Origin: a virus
Strand: one strand, 5' to 3'
Virus record (IMG/VR): IMGVR_UViG_3300037483_001478
Span: 135,989 to 176,864 of that record
Length of the DNA stretch: 40,876 nucleotides
A program made the position numbers and the translations under genes. Every line of letters starts with the position of its first letter. Positions within the stretch are counted from its first letter, which is position 1. Of this stretch, positions 20,305 to 29,767 are shown piece after piece. Below the pieces are notes generated by a model. The model worked only from the letters and a program-made list of their open reading frames with translations. It ran no database searches and was not told where the DNA came from.

Positions 20305-20535
20305 TCAATTTTGCTGAATTGGCTCTAAAGGAGGCATGTCAAAGTATTTACGTAGCTCTTCCAACATGGTGTCTTCCGTTTCTCCTCCCATGATAGTAAG
20401 GTCTACGCCATGAAGGCCAATTTCTTCCCCATGGATAAGGATAGGCTTTCCTTCCAGCAACTCCTCGGCGTTCTTCCTTGAAAGCCCGAGAACGACAAAT
20501 CGCCTGTCTTTAGAAGTTCCGGCTAGCTTGATCAT
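20305..20535 (-). CDS. Hypothetical phage protein
   Basis: GAGGAG RBS; LGLSRKN..L.EGKPI, GETED. Confidence 0.65.
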   Translation of the reverse strand: MIKLAGTSKDRRFVVLGLSRKNAEELLEGKPILIHGEEIGLHGVDLTIMGGETEDTMLEELRKYFDMPPLEPIQQN

Positions 20536-20815
20536 GGAGGCTCCTCCTCAGACTTTCTATCGCGCAGCTCCGTGGTGAGCTGTTGCAGTTCGTTGGTCAG
20601 TTCGCTCAGAATGGACTCCTCATGAGTAAGTAGCACCGCCTGTCTTGCACGAGGAGCACTATGACGCTAGCCAAGTGCACTACCGCTACAGCTACAACGA
20701 GGTAGGAGCAAATCGCCACTTTTTTTGTTGGTTCCGCTAAGAGAACAGCTATAGCCCCAATAGCGGCGAGGGGGCCAGCAAGTAGAAGTAACCACATCAA
20801 GGCCACAAGTTCCTC

Positions 20816-21016
20816 CTATACGTGGAACAGCAATTCTTCGGCTCCATATACTGCGGGTTCCCCACAGGCTTCGCACTCATATTTTCTGGCGTCTGGCTCT
20901 ACTCCGTCGACATCTACCCCACAAGCTACGCAGAACCCCGGGTTATCGAGAGAGCGTTGCTGCCTATCTACTGCATCCATGATGCGGTCTAGGGTGACCG
21001 ATGCGTGTATCTTCAT
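20816..21016 (-). CDS. Zn-ribbon protein
   Basis: GFCVACG...VEPDARKYECEACG..VYGAEE. Confidence 0.7.
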   Translation of the reverse strand: MKIHASVTLDRIMDAVDRQQRSLDNPGFCVACGVDVDGVEPDARKYECEACGEPAVYGAEELLFHV

Positions 21017-21258
21017 ACTTTCTCCTTCAATCGTCTTTGCGCATTGCCCTCGAGCAACAGTGCTTGCAGATCTGCAAGCGCGCCTCCGTGCACGGCCAAC
21101 CATTTTTCGATAGCTTCTTCGACTGTAGGGGCATAGGGTCCGCAACAGGAGCAACGTTGGCACTGCACATAGAACTCGCAGCCGCCGTCTTTCTGGATAG
21201 CAGGGTTGCCGTCGCCCTCACAGTAGAGACACTCTGCAAACAAGGTAGGTTCAGCCAT
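21013..21258 (-). CDS. Lar (restriction alleviation)-like Zn-ribbon protein
   Basis: CLYC...FYVQCQRC..GP..EEAIEKW. Confidence 0.55.
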   Translation of the reverse strand: MAEPTLFAECLYCEGDGNPAIQKDGGCEFYVQCQRCSCCGPYAPTVEEAIEKWLAVHGGALADLQALLLEGNAQRRLKEKV

Positions 21259-21691
21259 CAGTGCTCTCCGTTGGAGTAGCCTTGCATCTCCAGCAAGGGC
21301 GGTCAGGGTGGGTTGCTGTGCCGCAGGATAGGCAGTTTTTGTGGGGCGTAGGGCTCCTCAGCTCTTTGATCTTTCTCTCGGCCGCGTCAAGGCTAGCCTG
21401 GCAGCCTCGGCAGCGCTCTTTCCACACTTCAATCTCAACCCGAGAATCCTCCAGGTCGCGTAAAACCTGATCGTACATAGCCTTGTGGACGAGCTCCGTA
21501 GGTGCGCCTTCTTTGGGCGTTCTGCTTCTGCGTAGTAGGCTAATCCTCTCCCTTAGCCTGGTAATCTCGAGGCACACTTCCTTCAGAAAGCCCTCGGGGT
21601 TCGCCGACATTTCCAAATGGCCATTCTCGAAGAGATCAGCCAACTCGTCGAGACTATTGGATAACGTACTGTTTTTACTGCTATTTTCCAT
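21251..21691 (-). CDS. Coiled-coil protein with Zn ribbon
   Basis: ORF coupled to neighbour. Confidence 0.6.
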   Translation of the reverse strand: MENSSKNSTLSNSLDELADLFENGHLEMSANPEGFLKEVCLEITRLRERISLLRRSRTPKEGAPTELVHKAMYDQVLRDLEDSRVEIEVWKERCRGCQASLDAAERKIKELRSPTPHKNCLSCGTATHPDRPCWRCKATPTESTDG

Positions 21692-21704
21692 TTCTTCCCC
21701 TCAA

Positions 21705-21720
21705 TGTTTCACGTGAAACA
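21705..21720. promoter_or_regulatory. parS: parS site
   Basis: Perfect TGTTTCACGTGAAACA in a 30-bp intergenic gap. Confidence 0.8.
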
Positions 21721-21721
21721 T

Positions 21722-22117
21722 CTAGCACGTCAAAGCTTCGGCAGTTCTAATGGCCTTGACGAGTTTGTTGTACTTCTCGCGAAGCTGTGCCAATTGCCTT
21801 TTTAAGGCCACTACCTCAGCCTCGAGGGCGACTACCTCCCCTGGAAGTTGGCAAAGATCCCCTCGGTAGAACTTTGCCCCTCGGTAGAACTTTGCCACGC
21901 GAGCAGGGTGGTCCCTACCTCGCAAAGCCGCTTGAGCCTCCTTGGCGGTCTCGTAGACGCACAGCGCTTCCCCTCCCACACCATCCTCTTCGCGATGTAT
22001 GACCCAGTAGTCCGTCTTGCCCGCCTCTTTGCTGATGTCGAGCTCAAGGGCGTACAGGCGTCGTTGTGCATGAGACATGGCTGTCCTCCAAGGCGGTTTG
22101 GCGTAGTGTGTTGGCAA
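21722..22117 (-). CDS. Hypothetical protein containing an 18-bp tandem duplication (AKFYRG x2)
   Basis: ORF; likely start is internal (MSHAQ). Confidence 0.55.
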   Translation of the reverse strand: MPTHYAKPPWRTAMSHAQRRLYALELDISKEAGKTDYWVIHREEDGVGGEALCVYETAKEAQAALRGRDHPARVAKFYRGAKFYRGDLCQLPGEVVALEAEVVALKRQLAQLREKYNKLVKAIRTAEALTC

Positions 22118-22463
22118 TTTCTTTAGCTCTTGCGTAGGCGGCCCTCAGCTCGCTAATGGCTTCACGCACCATATCTCGGAAGTACTCGTTGCGCGTTGGC
22201 CGCACAAAATCCTTCACGTTTTCGTAAATGCACTCGCCCAGGTAGGTCTCAGCAGACAAAGGGCCGTAGGCAACGACCACCTTGGCACAAAACACAATGT
22301 ACTTTCCCGACTCTATGCCTTTACGGACTTCTCCTGTCGCATCCCATGAGAGGTCCAGTTCGTGTTCAGGTAGCGCAAACAAAGTCACAACTACCTTGCC
22401 TAGATGCCTTTCCCATACTTTGGTTTTCATCATCCTTGCTTTCTCATACGCTGGTTTTTCCAA
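22044..22463 (-). CDS. Hypothetical phage protein
   Basis: YLGECIYE, YFRDMVREAI. Confidence 0.65.
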   Translation of the reverse strand: MEKPAYEKARMMKTKVWERHLGKVVVTLFALPEHELDLSWDATGEVRKGIESGKYIVFCAKVVVAYGPLSAETYLGECIYENVKDFVRPTRNEYFRDMVREAISELRAAYARAKEIANTLRQTALEDSHVSCTTTPVRP

Positions 22464-22774
22464 GCAAGTTGGCGAACTACCATTTCAATGACACGGCGGT
22501 CGTCTCCCTCAAGCGCCTCGTAGTTACCTAGGAGCTCCGAAGGGAAGCTCGACCCAGTCGGTTTATCCACGCGTCCGAGCAGGTAGTCCGTAGATACCTC
22601 TAGCGCGTCAGCTAGGCGTATCAAATTGTGGAAGGAGGGCCTCCTTTCCCCTGTCTCGAAGTGAGAGATATGGGAGGGAGGTAGAGAAGCCAGCTGCCCT
22701 AGCTTCGCTTGGCTGTACTGACGCAATTCGCGCGCCTCTCGTAGTCGCGCGCGGAAGGTTTCCTCGGGAGTCAT
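22430..22774 (-). CDS. XRE-family HTH transcriptional regulator
   Basis: RLREAR..SQAKLG..ISHFETGERRPS..LADALEVSTDYLLGR. Confidence 0.9.
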   Translation of the reverse strand: MTPEETFRARLREARELRQYSQAKLGQLASLPPSHISHFETGERRPSFHNLIRLADALEVSTDYLLGRVDKPTGSSFPSELLGNYEALEGDDRRVIEMVVRQLAWKNQRMRKQG

Positions 22775-22788
22775 GTTTTCCTCTGTCG

Positions 22789-23178
22789 TTAGGGATTGAA
22801 GAAACCGTGAGGGTAGTCTTTGTCGTTCTCTAGGCTGACGGATTTGCCGCTTCCTTTACAGGTATGGCAGGGCTCATCGCCTAATCTGGGGCCAAGGTAG
22901 AAACCGCTACCTTTGCAGTCAGGGCATGCGTTGTATAGCCTCCTCTCCTCTCGTATGAACTTGCGAACGCGGGACAGTGCGGAATCGATGTCGGCCATTT
23001 CGCGCAGTAGCCAATCGATGTTGAACTCTCGTTGCTCTACTGGAAGTTCTGGGTTGTAGCTCCACAGGCCCCACCGCAGTGTTTTGCCTGCGGCTGCTAA
23101 GACTTCTCCGCACTCCTCCACTAGGTAGCTGATGGCTTGGTGTGTGTCCGTAGGCTCATACTCAGGCTTCTGGGGCAT
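22789..23178 (-). CDS. MazG-like NTP pyrophosphohydrolase with a C-terminal Zn finger
   Basis: EECGEVL...LREMADI; CPDCKGSG/CHTCKGSG. Confidence 0.65.
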   Translation of the reverse strand: MPQKPEYEPTDTHQAISYLVEECGEVLAAAGKTLRWGLWSYNPELPVEQREFNIDWLLREMADIDSALSRVRKFIREERRLYNACPDCKGSGFYLGPRLGDEPCHTCKGSGKSVSLENDKDYPHGFFNP

Positions 23179-23584
23179 TGTCGGTCTCCGTCATCCGTTC
23201 GTTTGAGCGTTTCACTATACTCGAAAACACGTCGGCAACATCCTGACCGGATGTTGTACCTACCTGCAAAGAGGTCAACAGACTCTTCACATCGTTATGT
23301 GCTACCTCAGCCGCTGCAGTCATGGCCTCTGCCAGTTCTTCGTAGCACTTGCGCATGTCCTCCAGATCTTTAGTGCCGGCATATTTCGGAATTTCGCGCG
23401 CCACTAAGGCTGCCGTTTTCCCTAGCATTAGACTCAGCGCTTTTGCCGCGGCTATGAAGTGTATAATCGACGGTTCTGGCTGGATGCTGCGGCATGTGTT
23501 GTCCACCGCATCCCACACTGCAGGGCCAAGACGATTAATTTCTTCCAACAACTCTTCCGCCGGCACTATGCGCGATTCAGCCAT
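23162..23584 (-). CDS. Hypothetical protein
   Basis: AAGGAGG RBS. Confidence 0.6.
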   Translation of the reverse strand: MAESRIVPAEELLEEINRLGPAVWDAVDNTCRSIQPEPSIIHFIAAAKALSLMLGKTAALVAREIPKYAGTKDLEDMRKCYEELAEAMTAAAEVAHNDVKSLLTSLQVGTTSGQDVADVFSSIVKRSNERMTETDNAPEA

Positions 23585-23876
23585 CCTTAACCTCCTTAAC
23601 AAGCCATTCGTCAAATTCGTTATCAGTATGCCCGTCGATTAGGGCGTCTCCGTAATCCTTGTACCCCAGGGAATTACCCCACTCCTGCCACTTTTTCTGT
23701 ATCCACTGTGAGAACACGATGGTCCAAGGAAGGTGTACCCCCTCGCGCAGTACCCTAGGAATGTCAGCGTCTTTTTCGCGTTCGATGCTTTCTACAGTGA
23801 GGTCGGAGTACTTGAGCCACAACACAACCCGAGGGTTGATGCTGCCCTTAGCTACGTCTTTTCCAGTATGGATCAT
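23577..23876 (-). CDS. Hypothetical protein
   Basis: Coupled ORF. Confidence 0.6.
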   Translation of the reverse strand: MIHTGKDVAKGSINPRVVLWLKYSDLTVESIEREKDADIPRVLREGVHLPWTIVFSQWIQKKWQEWGNSLGYKDYGDALIDGHTDNEFDEWLVKEVKDG

Positions 23877-24267
23877 TGGTGGCTATCCTTTCTCTGCGTA
23901 ACCAAGTTGCTTTGTTTGGGACATCACAAAGCTGCGCGTGAGTAGCACAACTTCGGCAGCAAGGTACTCCTCTGGTCCACCAGTTTGTGCGCTCCCTGCA
24001 AAAGCAGCAGCGCTCCGTAGCCTCCGACTCCCCGTCATTCTTCAGGGTAATGTCTCCGGCCAAGTACTCTTCTGAAGCAGAGTAGATTGGGCTGCCCTTG
24101 ATGGTGCGCTCCAGCAATCCAATCGCGGCTTCAATGTCTTTCGAGGGAACAGGCGCAGAGAAAAGGGCCTTGTAGGCTTCCATATGTTCAGGCGTAAGCT
24201 GCTTCAAAAGTTCACAGAGATACTCCTCTTTGGCCATCTCTACGCGGCGTTGTAATTCACGACTCAT
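23848..24267 (-). CDS. Hypothetical protein with Cys-rich C-terminus
   Basis: GGAG RBS. Confidence 0.6.
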   Translation of the reverse strand: MSRELQRRVEMAKEEYLCELLKQLTPEHMEAYKALFSAPVPSKDIEAAIGLLERTIKGSPIYSASEEYLAGDITLKNDGESEATERCCFCRERTNWWTRGVPCCRSCATHAQLCDVPNKATWLRRERIATNDPYWKRRS

Positions 24268-24282
24268 TGAAATCTCCGGTAT

Positions 24283-24306
24283 AGCTAAAAGGGCCGCAAG
24301 GGCCCC
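24283..24306 (-). terminator. Representative hairpin+TTTTAGC terminator
   Basis: GGGGCC-CTTGC-GGCCC-TTTTAGCT; similar elements at 15569, 16827, 26538, 29363, 33341. Confidence 0.65.
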
Positions 24307-24310
24307 GAAG

Positions 24311-24697
24311 TCAATGAACGGTCTGTAGAGCCTGGTCCGGGTCTTTGATCACCAGCGAATCAATGTCGACGACAAACGTAGCCACAGTAGACTTTACTAC
24401 CCATTGGGAAGCACTTACGCGCATCAGCTGGGGATAAGCCCACATTTCTCTGGCAAGTTGCCTAAGGGTCGACACTTGCGCACGGAGCCCTTGTTCATCG
24501 TAGCACAGAGGCCCCTCCAAGAAGTACTCGAGATCGTGGCTGCGGCTGTCCAAAAGACTGATAGTCCCGCGTACTACAGGTGCTTGCTGTTCTGCCAACT
24601 CCTTTTCTTCGTCGTAGATCATTCCTGCCAAGGTGAGGATGAAGGCCTCTTCAGCCTTTTCCTCATTCAAGATCTGACGGTATTGCCCAACATCCAT
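24311..24697 (-). CDS. Hypothetical protein
   Basis: Promoter motif at 24718 and AAGGAG RBS. Confidence 0.65.
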   Translation of the reverse strand: MDVGQYRQILNEEKAEEAFILTLAGMIYDEEKELAEQQAPVVRGTISLLDSRSHDLEYFLEGPLCYDEQGLRAQVSTLRQLAREMWAYPQLMRVSASQWVVKSTVATFVVDIDSLVIKDPDQALQTVH

Positions 24698-25151
24698 TGC
24701 GTTTCTCCTTCACCACTCTTATACCGGAAGTGGCCTAGGTATTTTGCTGCGTGCCCGCTTTCTTCCTGGCGGGTATTTTGGTCAGAAGTTTCAGTGCTTC
24801 GGTGCTGGGCTCAGCAACTTTCGTAACGAAGTAGACATCTTTTTTTCCTATCCAGTGCCTGCCTGTAGTTAGCCCCTGAGCCCATATGCGACCGTGGTGC
24901 GACCACACGGCTTCTACTGTGCCGGATTTCTCCCACTGCACGACGGCGCCTTCTTTAGCCAAGTTCAACAGTTCCTGATGAGTCATTGATATTCTCCGGT
25001 TGTTCCTTGGCGGGAGCGGTGTACGCGTTGCGTACGATGTTGATAGTCGTATTTCCAATCTTGGCCTGCTCCCGACTAGGGTGTTCACCCTTCCCAAGAT
25101 CGTAGACGCGCCCGTACTTGTCCACAGCGTATGTTGTCATCAACACACGCG

Positions 25152-25517
25152 TCATAGGCCACAATCCTTCTTCAGTTCTTTGATGCTTTTGCCCCACTTC
25201 TCCTCCAAGGACTTTGCGTAGTAGGCGTCGTCCCGACAAATGTTGTTCGGTTTGTCGTAGGGAGGAAGGCCGAAAAGCTTACTCAGGTCATCCTTCAAGG
25301 ACTCTGAGCCAAGCGTCATTCGATGGCAGATGAAATGCTTAGGATCGTTATCTTTGCTCGGCATTGGATCCTCGCTGTCTGGGCGTTGTTTTGACTCTTC
25401 CCTGGGTTTCTGCTGGCTCGTCATTATGAGAACATCGAGGCGCCTAGATATGCGACGAAGCTTCTCCGCAATTTTATCGATTTCCTGCCAGGGATTAAGC
25501 TCTTTTTCTGAAGACAT
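25152..25517 (-). CDS. Hypothetical protein
   Basis: ORF in gene run. Confidence 0.55.
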   Translation of the reverse strand: MSSEKELNPWQEIDKIAEKLRRISRRLDVLIMTSQQKPREESKQRPDSEDPMPSKDNDPKHFICHRMTLGSESLKDDLSKLFGLPPYDKPNNICRDDAYYAKSLEEKWGKSIKELKKDCGL

Positions 25518-25816
25518 TGGCGTCCTATCCGACTAGGGTTCCGCACTTAGGGCATGGGGCGAGCGCAGGAACGGTCTTGGTCTTTTTCTTCATAGCCTTC
25601 AGCTGCTTCTGAAGGTCTCTTTCCACTTCCTTGGCGTTGAGCACCAGCTCCCTAACGCGCTGGACCGGGGAGCCGGTATACTCTTCGCACAGGATGCTTA
25701 TCTCTTTGAGCTCGAACCTAGTCTCCTCAAGCTCTTTTCGAAGCTTTTCCCGGTCGGCTTGGATAGCCGCAACAAACTGAGTTTCAAGTCCACTCTGGTC
25801 AGGCATATCGTCTCCG

Positions 25817-26479
25817 TCAGTTCCAAATGGCAATGAAGTTTTCCTTAGGGCGCACGCTACGAGATACAATCCACGGCTCCATGATCTTTTTATGGGGAAT
25901 AGCCATGATGGTCTTTCCGCCGTGCGCCCCCATATTTCCTACCAACACGTACTTTACTCCTTGGGAGATTATCAAGTGCTCGTCCACTCCCCAAGGGTTA
26001 GACGGGGAAGTTTCTCCATCACCTAGCTGGGTCACCCAGCTGGCTACGACCACGCGAGGTTTGTACTTTACCACGGCGCTGTTGCCGTCGATGCGCTCCA
26101 CTGTGGGTTGGGGTTGCGTGATATTTTGCCCCAACACTTTGTAGTAGCTGGCTATCACGAGGTTGTGCTGCATAAAAGAATCGGTTTGGTGTATGCCTAG
26201 ATGTTGGCCAAGGCCCGACGTGCCTGCCCCTATCTCTAGACAATTTTTTCTGCCGTGCGCCTCTACAATCTCTGCCAAGTAGGCGACGAGCTCTTTGGAA
26301 GGGATACCGTAGTACCCGTGCTTGGCGCACCAGGCACTCAAGGTATCCTGGCCGAATTCTATAAACTTAGCGGCTGGGGCGGTTTTTATCGTACCATCTT
26401 CGTTCCTAAGCTCGTCCAGTTTGAGGACGCCTTTCAGATCTACGTTTTTCAAAACGCTCATGGACAGGAAATTTCCCAC
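25817..26479 (-). CDS. Class I SAM-dependent methyltransferase-like protein
   Basis: CLEIGAGTSGLG motif; promoter motif at 26510. Confidence 0.6.
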   Translation of the reverse strand: MGNFLSMSVLKNVDLKGVLKLDELRNEDGTIKTAPAAKFIEFGQDTLSAWCAKHGYYGIPSKELVAYLAEIVEAHGRKNCLEIGAGTSGLGQHLGIHQTDSFMQHNLVIASYYKVLGQNITQPQPTVERIDGNSAVVKYKPRVVVASWVTQLGDGETSPSNPWGVDEHLIISQGVKYVLVGNMGAHGGKTIMAIPHKKIMEPWIVSRSVRPKENFIAIWN

Positions 26480-26537
26480 GGTAATCTCCGAGTAGTTAGG
26501 TTCATGTTACTTATGCCGGAAACCCGCACAGATTTAG

Positions 26538-26580
26538 GCTAAAAGAGCGCCATTTGTTTGTAAACAAATGGCGCTCTTTT
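26538..26580. terminator. Bidirectional terminator-like palindrome
   Basis: AAAAGAGCGCCATTTGTTT-GT-AAACAAATGGCGCTCTTTT. Confidence 0.75.
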
Positions 26581-26591
26581 GTTAGGAGCTA

Positions 26592-26695
26592 GGTTTGTCG
26601 GAAGCGGTTAGGGCCGGTGAGGCGAGTCAGTACGGACTGAAACGGTATGTCCAATGGCCGGGTAAAAGGTGTGGCATGGGCTGGTTTGGTGCGTC
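26592..26695. repeat. Orphan pentamer (GGY-NN / GTC) array 1
   Basis: GGT GT GGC AT GGG CT GGT TT GGT GC GTC and similar units. Confidence 0.7.
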
Positions 26696-27141
26696 TACGG
26701 CGCTAGGGTCCACAACCATCTAGACGGCCATTCTTCTCCAGCGGACATATTTTTGTCGGTAAGTACGATGGCGCCATCATACTCAAGCTCAGCTATAAAT
26801 GCATCGGTTGTCCTACGGAAGGAGTCGGTTGCGGCAATGACGATCTTCGCCTTACCTTGCACGACGTTTCGCGGGTCTTGAGAGGACCACCCCTGGGCAA
26901 ATCTCCTTTCTGTGTCTTGTAGCCGTTTCAATGCACCCTGAAGGCTGGAGAGCCTTTCACTGGACGCTTGTGCGGCTTCCCACACATGTGCGGGTATTGT
27001 TCCGTCTGACGCCCCTAGTGGGGGAGCGTTTTGAGACTCATCCAGTATAGCTCTCACTTCTTGGAGATCGTGCTTCGCAGCAGCTGCTCTCAGCCGCTCT
27101 AGTTGGGTCATGGCAGCAGTACTCCCGTGGATTCGATACAT
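26695..27141 (-). CDS. Hypothetical protein
   Basis: ORF; start probably MTQLER. Confidence 0.55.
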   Translation of the reverse strand: MYRIHGSTAAMTQLERLRAAAAKHDLQEVRAILDESQNAPPLGASDGTIPAHVWEAAQASSERLSSLQGALKRLQDTERRFAQGWSSQDPRNVVQGKAKIVIAATDSFRRTTDAFIAELEYDGAIVLTDKNMSAGEEWPSRWLWTLAP

Positions 27142-27192
27142 TGTGTGCCGATCCAGAAAGTGAGGCAGGCACTGACTAGAGCAATCAGAACA

Positions 27193-27471
27193 TCACGTGG
27201 CGTCCACCTTTTGCGTAGAGAATCCTTCATCGCATACCTTATACAGTTCTTCAACGAAATCGTCGAAGGTGGGTTTGGCCGGAAAGGACTGCAACCGCCC
27301 ATACATTGTGTCTAAACGTGTTTCTCCTTTAAGTGGGAGCTCGACTGGGCCATCCTCCGTACAAAGGACCACACGGTAGGTCACTGCACCTTCCACTTTG
27401 TCGATGTCGATATCCTGCAACTGGTAAGCTACAATGACTTGATGGCGCAAGGGTCTTCCTAGGTTACCCAT
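27193..27471 (-). CDS. Hypothetical protein
   Basis: Coupled ORF. Confidence 0.55.
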   Translation of the reverse strand: MGNLGRPLRHQVIVAYQLQDIDIDKVEGAVTYRVVLCTEDGPVELPLKGETRLDTMYGRLQSFPAKPTFDDFVEELYKVCDEGFSTQKVDAT

Positions 27472-27706
27472 CCTCGTCTCCTAGTAGCATGCGTTTCATG
27501 TTTACAGGAACCACTTTGTTGGGGGCTCCTGCCTTAGCGTCGCACCATTTGATGAAGGCCTGCTTAGCCTTATCTGGGTCGGACTCTGGAAGCTCTTCAA
27601 CCCGCTTGCAGTAGGCCTCCTTTAGGCAAAATTCTTCCTCTTCCCCCAATGGCCCTATCAGTGCGTATTCGCCGGTAGGCAGCAGCCAAATTGTGAAGTT
27701 GCTCAT
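27464..27706 (-). CDS. Hypothetical protein
   Basis: Coupled ORF. Confidence 0.55.
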   Translation of the reverse strand: MSNFTIWLLPTGEYALIGPLGEEEEFCLKEAYCKRVEELPESDPDKAKQAFIKWCDAKAGAPNKVVPVNMKRMLLGDEDG

Positions 27707-28251
27707 GTCTCTTCCAGGGGCAGCACTACAGGGTCTTTAGTGAACAAGAAGCGGAGGCACGTGGTGCATGTTGCCTCTGAGTCCCTGGTTGAAGATGTTG
27801 CGCAAATTGCGCCACACTCACAAATCACGCGCATATTCGAGGGAGGAAGGGCTTGACGGAGCTCGTCAATGACATCTAGCATCACGTCTCTGGCTTGGAT
27901 TGTGTGATTGATCAGCCCTTCGACTACTCTGTTCAGACTTTGGAGTGCCTTATCTCGGTCTACTCCATCAGCAAGAGAGCCTCCTGCCTCGAAGAAGCGC
28001 TGTTTAGCCTGCAACCGTGTATAGGTGTGCGCCCAATCAATGACTCTTTGGTGCCAGTTGTAGAGCATCATGCAAGGGTGGCAGACCTCCAAGGGCCACA
28101 TCTTTGCAATGTAGCAGGTTATAGCAGCGCGGTTCTGGCAGATTTTGCACTTGGGCATATTAGTCCTCAATTCCCACATGATGTCTCCAGCCTTCTGTGC
28201 CCAACACGTCTTCTGGGTCAATCTCTTCCGTGAGCAATTTCTCAAGAGCAT
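27703..28251 (-). CDS. Cys-rich hypothetical protein
   Basis: CKICQ, CHPC, CECG; start probably internal. Confidence 0.55.
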   Translation of the reverse strand: MLLRNCSRKRLTQKTCWAQKAGDIMWELRTNMPKCKICQNRAAITCYIAKMWPLEVCHPCMMLYNWHQRVIDWAHTYTRLQAKQRFFEAGGSLADGVDRDKALQSLNRVVEGLINHTIQARDVMLDVIDELRQALPPSNMRVICECGAICATSSTRDSEATCTTCLRFLFTKDPVVLPLEET

Positions 28252-28515
28252 CGATATGCGCTAGTAGCTTTCCCACATCTGAGGGTGTAGCTGAATCTAC
28301 GGACGCGCGTCCTCTGATGATGTCCACTTGGCTCTTCGTCAAAAACTTCATGAGGTCTCTTTCTGGTGCTCGACAGTTTGAGTGCAAGGCTGCCTGGTGC
28401 GCCGACCGTCTTTCCCAACCGTTCCACCTCAGACACTTGCTGCACTGAAAAATGCGGCACTGCGCGCACTCGTTGTTGGAAACGGGGTCACCGCACAAAG
28501 GGCATGCGAAGGTCA

Positions 28516-29070
28516 TCACGCCTCCTCGCTGTGGGCCCAGCAACGGCCATTCCTTTCACAAGCGTCTGGCGGGCTGCAAGGTACTTTTTGTGCGACATCT
28601 ACGATCCTAGCCTCCAGGTGGTCGTGCGTGGTGGCCAGCATGCTAATACGTTGGTACACGTCCAAGTAACCCCAGCACGCGGAAACCATAGCTCCAGGAC
28701 TCCACAAGGCGCGAGGAGCGGCCGCCAACACTTTCTCCAAGCAGCTCTTAGCAGCACCTGGCGTTGAAAAAATACGGGCTTTCTGATTGGGCTCAATAGC
28801 CACCCATCGGCCGTCTGTCGGCGCTACACCCGTCCTCCCCCTTGCTATCCACTCCTGCATGGCGTTCCATTTAGTTCCATCCTCGTCGTACCGGGGACCT
28901 TCGGCTCCGCACCCAGGACATACTGCCTTCGCATTACCCTGATCCCAAATGGAGCGATGCTTCTTCGGCGATGCATTGCACCAACCACATTTTACAAGTT
29001 CAGGCACGGGCGCTCCTGTGTTTCGAGATGCGTTGGCTGCAGGCATAGCATCGTACCGCCAACTCCTCAA
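28516..29070 (-). CDS. Hypothetical protein with a Lar-like Zn ribbon
   Basis: KCGWC...VCPGCGAEGP. Confidence 0.5.
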   Translation of the reverse strand: MRSWRYDAMPAANASRNTGAPVPELVKCGWCNASPKKHRSIWDQGNAKAVCPGCGAEGPRYDEDGTKWNAMQEWIARGRTGVAPTDGRWVAIEPNQKARIFSTPGAAKSCLEKVLAAAPRALWSPGAMVSACWGYLDVYQRISMLATTHDHLEARIVDVAQKVPCSPPDACERNGRCWAHSEEA

Positions 29071-29347
29071 TGTTTCTACTCACGTCAATTTTTCCCGCGG
29101 GCGCGGGCGAGAAATTGACGATAGGAGTCTTATGCACTTGGCCGCTGGGCCACCCGCGGGCCTTGAACTCTTCCACAAGCTCGTCGTGCCTTTCTTGGAT
29201 GTGGTGCAGCTCAACTAGCCCGTTAGCAATGAAGCCAGTAATCGTGCTGTTCCTCTCTACAGCGCTTTTGAACATGTGGAGTTCTAGATGTTCACCCAAA
29301 ATGTGTTGATTGCACATCAACTTAGGGGCTACTTTCCACATTCTCAT
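29000..29347 (-). CDS. Pyrimidine-dimer DNA glycosylase / T4 endonuclease V family protein
   Basis: MRMW..P..MCNQHILGEHLELH...RHDELVEEFKARG..H.TP. Confidence 0.85.
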   Translation of the reverse strand: MRMWKVAPKLMCNQHILGEHLELHMFKSAVERNSTITGFIANGLVELHHIQERHDELVEEFKARGWPSGQVHKTPIVNFSPAPAGKIDVSRNIEELAVRCYACSQRISKHRSARA

Positions 29348-29604
29348 TGGACTTCCTCCGATAGCTAAAGGCCCGAGGGCCTATTTCTTGAGTAGCCCTT
29401 CGAGGGCTTCGAGGGCCAAGGCTGCTCCTACGCGAGCAGGCGCGGAGGTTCTTTCGATTTTTCTCTTGATAGGGCACTTGCGCTTGTCATGGTCGAAAGA
29501 CTTGCAGTAGGAGCATTGCCTAAGGCCTAGGATTTTCTTGAGAGTCATGCAGAATCTCCTGGTTTTGTTCATAGTACTTATCCCAGGAAATCAAGTAGAA
29601 TTTG

Positions 29605-29767
29605 GGGTGGGCCAGGCTCGGACCGGAATGTCTGTGCAGTTAGGTATGGCTCGGAATGTCTAAAGGAAGGTATAGGGAACGGTAGGGCTTGGCTTGCCTC
29701 GGCTCGGATTGTCTGGTTGACTTGCCCGGGTGTGCTGCGGCATGTCCTGTCGGCTCTGTTCGCTCAA
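29605..29767. repeat. Orphan pentamer (GGY-NN / GTC) array 2
   Basis: GGT AG GGC TT GGC TT GCC TC GGC TC GGA TT GTC and similar units. Confidence 0.75.

Noticed and set aside
21859-21896. 18-bp tandem duplication
   Set aside because: Simple in-frame slippage (AKFYRG x2) with no wider pattern.
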